From: Octopus vulgaris
Taxonomy: Eukaryota
Direction: 5' to 3'
NCBI GenBank assembly: GCA_951406725.2
Contig: OX597814.1
Span: 1,922,001 to 1,986,000 of the forward strand
DNA length: 64,000 nucleotides
Shown piece by piece: positions 54,426-64,000 of the stretch. Under the pieces are notes generated by a model. That model did no database searches and was not told where the DNA came from. It was given only the letters and a program-made list of their open reading frames with translations. Positions within the stretch are counted from its first letter, which is position 1; every line of letters begins with the position of its first letter. Made by a program: the position numbers and the translations under genes.

Positions 54426-54654
54426 AAAAAAGGGTGGAATATAATTAATTTAATAAAATTAATCAATTTCACCTGGTAGATTTATCCATAGGCTGGGATT
54501 TCGTTATTTTCTTCCTTTTTTGCCTTATGCAGGTTACAAATTCTGTTTGTTTGTGGAGACTTTTTAGTAGTAGAGGAAATAGTGATCAATTTTGGCTGCT
54601 ATTTCTAATATTGTCGGTATGTGGTTTTGAGCAACTTGTTGCAATTAACCCTTA

Positions 54655-54768
<114 letters not shown>

Positions 54769-54827
54769 CTGTCTACGTAAGTATACTTTTTGAAACTATG
54801 TATTCCATCTTTTATTTGCCATACACA

Positions 54828-54872
<45 letters not shown>

Positions 54873-55728
54873 CTCTCTCTCTCTCTCCCTATATATATAT
54901 ATATACATATACATACACATACATACACATACATATATATGCATATATATGCATATATATATATGCCTACAGCCAACACCAGTCCCCACAACTCTATGTA
55001 CATACAATAACTCACAGTCAGTTGTGTCATGAAGGTAACAGTACCGTTGTTTTCATGAAATGCAGTCATTTCCCAGAATTGCTTTGGCCGGAAACACAGC
55101 GAGCACGTGACTACTATCTATGAAACAACTGTTTGTTTGATGTAATAATTATAGCAACAAAACAGACACTTAGACGCGTACACACTCACACACACACTCA
55201 CACACACACACACACACACTCACACACACACACACACGGTGTAATAGCTCTGTTCTTGGGTAGTTAACCATAAACAACGCCAATAATGATGGACGTTTTG
55301 TCTCTTGGAGCAGTTCAATGGACAATTGTTCCTTGATTTCGCGGTCGATGAACTTTACAAAGTAGCCTTGTGAATATAGATGTCGTTGGTGTCGTTGCTA
55401 TTGCTGTTGTTGATGTTGTTAATACCGTCCTTGTGTGCCACATTGTTGCCAGGCTAGTTATTGTTTTAGGTTAGTGATTTGATCCCTAAGAACTCTCAGA
55501 AACGCGATTTGGTATATTTCCGTCTGTGCGACTATATATCTACACCTCCTCTCGGTGTCTCTCTGTATATATATATATATATATATATATAGTCATATAT
55601 ATTTAAAAAGGTTGAATTATACTTCATCCTTTAGTTTGGAGGATTCCAAAAAAGCGATTTCTAATAAAGATTCTTCATATTTTGCTGGTAGCTTACTGAC
55701 GTACGCTTTGCAAATATGAAAATAATAC

Positions 55729-56035
55729 TTGTATGTATATGGGGTGTTATGAGAATTTATGGAAAGGAATCCCATAGAAATCAACAATTTTGTTAAAAAG
55801 TGAGAAGAAATGTTAAGTGTTAAATGGAGAAGAGATTATGTTAATACATACTTTTAATAATTATTCTACCATGTTATTTACATGTTAATATCGCTGTTTG
55901 AAACGATCGTATGCATGTATTAAAATTCTTTCAAATTTTAACATTTTCTCTTCTCCATTTTTAACAAATCCGTTGAGTTCTATGCGATGCCTTTCCATAA
56001 ATTCTCATAACACACCATATACAACTTATATACAT

Positions 56036-56039
<4 letters not shown>
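55729..56039. mobile_element. Inverted-repeat insert between (TA)n tracts (PLE-like)
   Basis: Arms about 55729-55816 and 55938-56039; GAAAC-GATC-GTA hammerhead 3' half in the spacer. Confidence 0.65.
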
Positions 56040-56104
<65 letters not shown>

Positions 56105-56107
<3 letters not shown>

Positions 56108-56292
56108 TGATAGATCGTTAGCCACTACACACATTTTTCTCTCCTTGTTTTTTCCGTGTCCCTTTCTGTAGAAGAGCGTAGGCTCGAAACGTAAAAGACT
56201 TTTTCTATTCCTGAGCGTTATACTAATACATCTGTTTGTTTTGTACACCACCTGTCTTCGTCTTTTGTTGTTTTTTTCGTAATCTCTCCATA
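56105..56292 (+). mobile_element. Short PLE-like repeat in (TA)n with a hammerhead variant (56162-56197)
   Basis: cttt-CTGTAGA-a-GAGC gtag GCTC-GAAAC-GTA-aaag. Confidence 0.65.
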
Positions 56293-56719
56293 TATATATA
56301 TATTTTTGAGTAGTTGAATGAATTATCTTATTAAGGATAATTCGAATTAAACGATACCTGGGTAGCAAATTCACATCAGAAAGCGGCATAATGTACTCCT
56401 TATTCCTTCGCAATTAGGAATATGCAGCCTTCGAAACACATTTCGAAAATAAAGGAATTTTGTTAATTCGTCGTTCAGCTCCATTCTTTCATATATTTAT
56501 ATTTTTAATATATATATATATATATATTGAGAGAGAGTGAGAGAGAGTGAGAGAGAGAAAATACCATATATATTTACATAGTCAAAATTTGCTATATACA
56601 TATGAGTGTGCATGTGTATACGCATGTGTGTGTGTATTGGTCTGCAGATAATATCTTGTATAAGCGAGCTGTATTTAAAAACACAATATGCATATATCTA
56701 TCTATCTATATACATATAT

Positions 56720-57365
56720 AACAGGCTTCTTTCAGTTTCTGTCAACCAAATCCACTCAAAATGTTTGAGACTATAGTAGAAGACACTTACCCAAAGTGAC
56801 ACGCAGTGGGACTGAACCCAGAAGCATATGGTTGGAAAGCAAGCTTTTTACCTCACGGCTATGCCTACTCCTCGTGCGTTGCTGGTGGCTGAGACTCTAA
56901 ACGCTCTTCTAAGCAATGGCTTGACGTAGTTATGAGAACATTCACTATCTCCATGTAGGTGTTGTATTTGTTTCAATCTTTGGTGTATATCGGTGTAATG
57001 AATGTTTTCTGTTCGTTCTGTTTACTTTTATGTCTGATAACGGAGTTACATTATCATTATTATTAATAGTTATCGCCAAGCTAACATGGCAGTCCAGAAA
57101 AATAGGACGAATGCTGCCGTTGATTAGCGCCAAGAGGCCATCGCCTCTAGCTAGGTATGTGACGCACAAACCTGTGTCCATTATAACTGTTCGAAGGTTA
57201 TATATGTATGTATATATATATATGCATGTATATATGAGAAGCTTTTTCTCGTTTCTGTCTACCAAATCCACTCACAAGGATTTGGTCGTCCCAAGGCTAT
57301 AGTAAAATGCACTTGCCCAAAGTTCCACGCATTGGGACTTAAACCCAGAACCATGTGGTTGGTCA
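56720..57365 (-). mobile_element. Two SINE family C head fragments
   Basis: CAAATCCACTCA...GAACC..TGGTTGG at about 56720-56875 and 57236-57365. Confidence 0.7.
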
Positions 57366-58215
57366 ATGAGTGGAAAGTAGTGCATTTATGCGGTAATATA
57401 ATTTAATGTTACTCTTAGTAGCCTAGGGTTACCCTTTTAGGTCTTAGTGAAATTGTTTTCATCTCCGAGTAAAATATTAAGAATTGTATTATATTCTCTG
57501 CTTTCGGAGTCGATCGATGCCATCAACTTACTCCGCTTCTAAATTGCTGGCCTTGTGCCAAAATTTGAAATCATCATCGCTGTTGTTGCTGTTGTTGATG
57601 TTGTTGTTGTTGTTGTTGTTGTTGATATTGTTATTTGTCCTGGCTGCGTGTAGTTGTTCTCGCCATTTCACTCCTTACCGTTTTCTTTTTGCTGTTCCTT
57701 TTGCGTTTCATATTTCGCTCGTAAGGCTCCCCACCACCACCCACCACCACAACCACCACCACCACCAACGGTGAGAGGATTCCAGACGCCAAACCACTGA
57801 AGAGAATCTGGAAGTTGGCGGCGTTCTTGCCCGTCCCACCCCCAGCTTCTGAAGAACCGAGCTGTAGACACGTTGGTCACAACTCCAAGACGCTCCAAAC
57901 TAACAGATTTACACTGTTTAAAAACAGGGTTTCTTATCTCTCACAGAAATATGTTTTATCACTGGTTGTTCCATTGTGTGAATTGACCGACATAAACGAC
58001 CAACACAGCTAATGTAATGCAATCACAATCTAGCGATATGTGTTGTACTGCATGTGTGTAACTGTCTGCCTGGGTGTGTATGTCTATGTGTGCATGGATG
58101 TATAGTTGTGTCTAGAAGAGAGTGCGCGTACGTGGAACATATACACACATAGGCACATGCATACATATATCCATATAGACACACACAAAACTCTCTCTTT
58201 CTCTCCACATCTCTC

Positions 58216-58252
<37 letters not shown>

Positions 58253-58323
58253 TATATAAGTGAGTGTATGCATATTTATGTACATTCTATTTTATTATTT
58301 ATATATATATATATTCTGTTTCT

Positions 58324-58509
58324 TCTTTTATTTGTTTCAGTTATTTGACTGTTGGAGTATCACCTTTAGTCGAACAAATCGACCCCAGGACTTATTCTTT
58401 GTAAACCTTGTGCTTATTCTATCGGTCTTTTTTGCCGAACCGCTAAGTTACGAGGACGTAAGCACACCAACATCGGTTGTCAAGCGATGTTAGAAGAACA
58501 AACAGACAG

Positions 58510-58541
<32 letters not shown>

Positions 58542-58678
58542 GGGACGGGCTACTTCCAATTTCCGTCTACCAAATCCACTCACAAGGCTTTGCTCGGCCC
58601 GAGAGTATAGCAGAAGACACTTGCCCAAAATGCCACTCAGTGGGAATGAACCCGGAACCATGCGGCTACTCCTGCGCC
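58324..58678 (-). mobile_element. SINE family C
   Basis: Reverse complement of tail and head (ends CTCCTGCGCC). Confidence 0.85.
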
Positions 58679-58705
58679 TATATATATATATATATATACT
58701 CATAC

Positions 58706-58807
<102 letters not shown>

Positions 58808-58983
58808 ATGTATGTATATATATATATAGCACGAGATGCAACACCAAACTTTGTCAGTGAACAGGTCGCGGTCTCAAAACGACGAAAATATTTTGGCAAA
58901 TTAAATTTAAATGTTGAAGTGAATCTAACGGTGTTTGTTTGTTTTTAAATGCCTTGTAAACACCTTCCACGCTGCGATATATA

Positions 58984-59745
58984 CAAGGTGTCCCCCCAAA
59001 ATGTATACACGCTTTAATAATTGTAAAGTAGGTGTTTATTAAAAAAACATTTCATTTTCAAAAATTAATAGAATCTACAGACATTGTTTTATTGTTTTGC
59101 CAACGCCTGTTTTCAAACTGATGTCCGGTCTGGTCCAGGCACGGCTGACAACGCAAAGCAATGGAATCGCAAACATCACGAAACATTTTTTTTTAGTATT
59201 TGTGTGCGTTCTCGTTCAATGGCTGCTCTCAAATCAGCGACTGTTGCAAGTTTCACCGCGTAGACTTTGTCTTTTAGGTATCCCCATAAAAAAATGCTTA
59301 ATGGTGTTGAATCTGGTGAATGTGGAAGGTATTCAATGAACACCTTTCATCTAATCCATCTGTTTAGCAAGATCTCATCAAGGAAGGATCTAACATCGCG
59401 ATGGGTGTGTGGCTGTCCCCCATCTTGCTGAAAATATAAACTCATCTTCAAAGTCTTCTCTAATGCTTGGCATGACAGACTGTTGCAAGTTCAAGTAAAC
59501 GGGACCAGTCACAGTCGAGTCAAAAAGAATGGTCCAATTAACCCTCTGATAATAAGCCACACCACGCTGTAACTCCTGGTAGATTATCATGCTGTTCCAC
59601 CATAACATACGGATTCTCAGGTCCCCAGTAGGTGCAATTGTGGCGGTTAATTGAACCATTTAATTTGAATGTGGCCTCATCCCTCCAAACAATCTTTGTT
59701 GGAAAGTGTGCACATCTTCTACACATCGTACCAAGTACCAATCAC
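58984..59745 (-). mobile_element. Tc1/mariner (rosa/DD41D-like) transposase relic
   Basis: [48 protein letters not shown]; TIR-like end TACAAGGTGTCCCCCCAAAATGTATACAC. Confidence 0.8.
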
Positions 59746-59754
59746 AATACTGCA

Positions 59755-60183
59755 CTTATTCTTTGTAAGCCTAGTACTTATTCTATCGGTCTATTTTGCC
59801 GAACCGCTAAGTTACGGGTACGTAAAAACACCAGCATCGGTTGTGAAGAGATGTTGGGGGGGAGGACAAACACAGACACACAAACATATACGCACACATA
59901 CATATATATGTATACATATATATAAGACAGGCTTCTTTGATGTGTAACGGATGGCATGAGATAAAAAGGAGATATTGCTTCGAGTCCCTTGGTTTATGAT
60001 AGATGTCAATTATGCTTCGTGGCATTTCGTCCGTCTTTACGTTTTGAGTTCAAATTACGTCAAGATCGACTTTGCCTTTTATTTTTTTCGGGTTACATAA
60101 AATAAGTGGCAGTAGAACACTGGAGTAGATGTAATCGACTTACCCTCACCCCGAAATTGCTGGCCTTGTACCAAAATTTGAAA
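59755..60183. mobile_element. SINE C (minus), small PLE RT fragment (59938-60012, minus) and SINE A (plus)
   Basis: IDIYHKPRDSKQYLLFISCHP matches the PLE RT thumb motif (YxKPTD..YL...S.HP); SINE motifs on either side. Confidence 0.7.
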
Positions 60184-61253
60184 ACACATTATTATGTTCG
60201 TATCGGCAAATCTCCCTTCGAATTGGTCGAGGGTTTGCTTGTTTATACGTTTAGAAATAATTTACGATCTTGTTAAGCTAATCAGGACCTCACGGGGCTG
60301 GTTGGTTTTATTTCTTTTTTCCCCCAAGAGGATGAAATTTGCTGAAAAATTAATATCATTCCACTTCTAATTGTTTGTCAGCGTATTTGTCAAAGATATA
60401 TTAGACATAGATATATTTATCATAGATATGTTGGAAACATCGTGCATGGGTCCTAACCATGAAAATAACCAGTAAAAAGCGATAAAATATTGACTAATAT
60501 TATATCACCCGCCCAACATCGTTAGCAACATACCAATCGTCGTTTAAAATATTGGAATTTTTCCCAGTCGCACCCTGTATTTAATTCTTTCTACCATAGT
60601 CCTGCTTGACTATGGTTCACTTCAGGGCAAAAAATAACAATCATTGCAGTAGCTCCTATGGCTGTCGTTAGCAGAAACTATTTTATTTTCTAATTATTGC
60701 TTTTATTTATTTGGCTTGTGTGCTTTCCCGTCGCCATCTTGTTAGTTTGCACCATATTGTTTCGATATTCTGTAAGTTGATAATAATTTGCTTCTGATAT
60801 GCAAACGAAAAATCTTGTTACATAAACTGATTATGATAAATAATATGGAAGAAAAGACAAGATGAGTGGCGCCATCTGTCTAAATATTTATCGGTACAGA
60901 ATATGAAATGTTTATTGATAGGCCTAGAAATCTGGTTAGAGTGGTACCGTATAATAATAAATATACAGTCCATTATCTGCAGGTCTGGTGGTCGCATGAT
61001 CGGTTCCATTGCACAATAGACTTGATAAGAGTCTTTAGAGAACCAGAAACAAAACATTATGGTAATGCAGATTTCTTAATTGCGTTGGAACTTTCATACA
61101 AGACGTTTGTAATCTTGCAAAAGTAAAAAGACGGAAGTAAATTATGAAGGCAGACATCGCTGAGTGGCTAAGTGAATTGTTTCGAGACCATATGGTTCCG
61201 GGTTCGATCCCCTTGTGTGTGTGAATATCTTCTTTCTTGCTCTGCACTTGCGA

Positions 61254-61290
<37 letters not shown>

Positions 61291-62330
61291 CGTGTGTGGA
61301 CGTGTGTGCATTAATATATTAATAGGTCTTTAATATCAAAGTGGCTAAGAAGCAGGGTACATCAAGGGTACTCACTTTCACCCTTATTCTTCAGTCTTCT
61401 ACTGGCTTCATTCATAAATCTATTAAGTAAAAATGGCTTACGGGTACAATTCACAGAATGACAAACCGAATCACCTGTTCTACAATGTCCGTGTCAAGAC
61501 GTTTTATAAGAACGACAACCAATAAAAGGGTCTTGTTCTCATTAATATCATCAGCAGCCGTATTAAATGTAGGGTTTAGAATCGATAAATGTTCCTTAGC
61601 TACATTCAGGACAGGAAAACTTGTAAAAACCGACAAACCTAAACCTTAACATTGACATCACGAACAAAGAACTAGATTAAGATGGTACATAAAAGTATGT
61701 AAGTGTGTTTCAATTTCGGTCTCTTTTGTTTAATGCAGAGAACAGCAGCCATCTTATTTTTAGTCTGTGGAGTGTCTAGATGGTTCTTCGACAGCACTGT
61801 AGTTTCTTTCTTCATTGGATTAATCTGATTCTTTACGTTTCTGTGTGTGTCTTCTACTTTTGCCAGGTATATATACGATACCTGTCATTATCAGATTTCG
61901 GAGTGGCATAACATTATTCTGGTATGATTGTGTGTGTGTGTGTGCCATAGATTTTAGCAGCAGTGTGGCCTTCCCCTCAGCCCTAACTTCCCACCCCATT
62001 GTGCTGTTACTGTCCTAAGATCCGAGAAAAAATGTGGGGGAAGGTACAGTTCTTGTACTCCTCTATGTATGTCTGTTCGTCCACTATGTTGGTAGTTGTT
62101 GTTGCTAAAGGATAAAATCATTAAAATTAATGAATTTTATCAGAAAGACGCTTTTAGGTAAACTTCATGTATAGTTGTATAGAATATAATTGTAGAGGAT
62201 ACAAATATAATTAAGGGCACACCCTGTGTATAGTGTAAAGGGGAGATTTTGAGTTACCAGACGTATTTGCTGTCTATTTTCAGCATATAGGCATGATTGC
62301 TTCTGAGCCCTTATAATGGTATTTTATACA

Positions 62331-62417
<87 letters not shown>

Positions 62418-62424
62418 GTCTGTC

Positions 62425-63780
62425 TGCATCCTCTTTCGCTTCTTGTGGAAAGGATGCGTCCCGATGGTCAGGCGATCCATTTGCTGTCAACACCCGTTAA
62501 AAGGAGGGCTGGGCATGCCGTGGTTGATGATGCGCAGACACGCGCTGAGACTGCGGCATCTCTGGCTCTATGTAGACGACGGTGAACAGGTGTGGTCGCC
62601 GTTTGTGAGGCACGCTTTCCCGCAGCTCGTCTCCATGACCGAACTGCAGTCGTGGATCAAAAAGAGGCCGAGGAAGGGCGAATGGCACCGCGAGTGTCGC
62701 GTTGCTCTCAAGCAACTCTGCCGTCCTGGGTCGACCTTAAGTGACTTCAACACAACCAAAGCATTCTATAGGGGTTTAGTGGAGGGGAGGTACGACGACG
62801 AGCTCGGGGCGAACCTGGACGTCGACGAGGAGTACCTGACCCGCCTGTTCAGGACGACCTTCGGGCCAGGGCCCATGGACAACTTCCAGAGATCCCTGGC
62901 CTGGCAGTGCTACCGAGAAGCGCTACCCGTTCGGGATAAGCTCTACAGACACGGCTCGAGAAACACGGGGCCGACCTGCCCGAGATGCGGTCAGAGCGAC
63001 GAAACCGTTCTGCACGCACTCGTTCAGTGCCCAACAATTTCCGACCTGTGGGCTTATGTCGAACAACTGCTGTCACGTGTGGGACGAGTCGGTTTATCAG
63101 CTGAGTCTATCGTCAATATTGTCACGCCTCCTTCCTTCAAACGGGAAGGAAGAGCTATTTTCATCATCCTTGTGGCTATGGCGAAAGAATGTATCTGGTG
63201 GACGCGTCTGAAAGGATTGGAGACAAACACTTTCCTCTCTGGTCAATCTCTCATCAACTTCTTCAAGTACCACTTGAAAAGGAAAGTGAGAGTAGAGAGG
63301 CAAGTTTTGTCTAGCGAATGTTTTAAAAAAAGATGGGTGAATGTAGCAAGAATGGCACGTATGAATGACGAAGCCACCTTGAGCATAATCCTATGAACCC
63401 AGAAATCGAAAACAGAGAGTTGCTTATTTGCAAAAAAAAAAAAAAAAAAAAGAAATATAAAATGTGACTTCATTGACCGAGGTTACCGTGGTCTTTTCCG
63501 TAGGCTTTTCTTTCCACGGGTAAACCTCACCTGTCCTCCCCTTTACACTTCATATTGACATTTCTGTGATAACGATCCCTATTGATCAATTTTTTTTTTC
63601 CTCTCCCCTTTTTTTTTAACCCCCCTTTTTTTTGTCCTCTTTCTCTCCTTTTACGATCCCCTTTGATCGAAACTCCCCCTTCCTTTTTTTTTTTTTTTTT
63701 TTTAAACCTTCAAAAGAAAAGCTCTACCTTGTAATTTGTTCTATCTGTGTGCAGCCCTGTGTGGCTAATAAAGAAACATA
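62425..63780 (+). mobile_element. 5'-truncated Tx1/L1-clade LINE (ORF2 C-terminus + 3' UTR) in (TCTA/TCTG)n
   Basis: FRFLWKG...GGLGMP, zf-RVT-like WQCYREALPVRDKL, CCHC CPRCGQSDETVLHALVQC; ends AATAAAGAAACATA. Confidence 0.9.
62443..63396 (+). CDS. Uninterrupted C-terminal part of LINE ORF2 (truncated, no RT core)
   Basis: 317-codon open frame with L1/Tx1 motifs; the lack of stops suggests a young insertion. Confidence 0.7.
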   Translation: MWKGCVPMVRRSICCQHPLKGGLGMPWLMMRRHALRLRHLWLYVDDGEQVWSPFVRHAFPQLVSMTELQSWIKKRPRKGEWHRECRVALKQLCRPGSTLSDFNTTKAFYRGLVEGRYDDELGANLDVDEEYLTRLFRTTFGPGPMDNFQRSLAWQCYREALPVRDKLYRHGSRNTGPTCPRCGQSDETVLHALVQCPTISDLWAYVEQLLSRVGRVGLSAESIVNIVTPPSFKREGRAIFIILVAMAKECIWWTRLKGLETNTFLSGQSLINFFKYHLKRKVRVERQVLSSECFKKRWVNVARMARMNDEATLSIIL

Positions 63781-63894
<114 letters not shown>

Positions 63895-63903
63895 AATCAA
63901 TCA

Positions 63904-63944
<41 letters not shown>

Positions 63945-64000
63945 ACTATTTATCTCTCCCTCTATCAATCAATCTATATATATATATTTGTGCGACTTTC

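Noticed and set aside
55020-55068. Possible pre-miRNA hairpin
   Set aside because: The stem-loop is too short (about 46 nt), and no known miRNA was recognised.

Overview
AT-rich, microsatellite-dense eukaryotic non-coding DNA. It is most likely an octopus (coleoid cephalopod) intergenic or large intronic region, inferred from three abundant tRNA-derived SINE families; no database search was run. No intact host protein-coding gene is supported, and nearly all ORFs in the track are microsatellite artefacts. Recognisable content: three SINE families (many copies, several with clear target-site duplications, TSDs); a near-complete mariner with TIRs and TA TSD; other Tc1/mariner and hAT MITE relics; R4/Dong-like LINE 3' ends stacked in (TAA)n; Tx1/L1-like LINE 3' ends in (TCTA)n; CR1 and RTE fragments; an ORF1-only (gag, zinc-knuckle) element; and Penelope-like element (PLE) fragments. 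The most notable signal is a recurring class of short inserts, often beside (TA)n. They carry minimal hammerhead-ribozyme motifs (about 10 canonical or degenerate cores) and/or fold back into 55-170 bp inverted repeats. One nearly perfect 110-bp hairpin sits inside a single 15-bp TSD. Several unique islands rich in homeodomain, YY1 or E-box motifs lie between microsatellites and are candidate enhancers.
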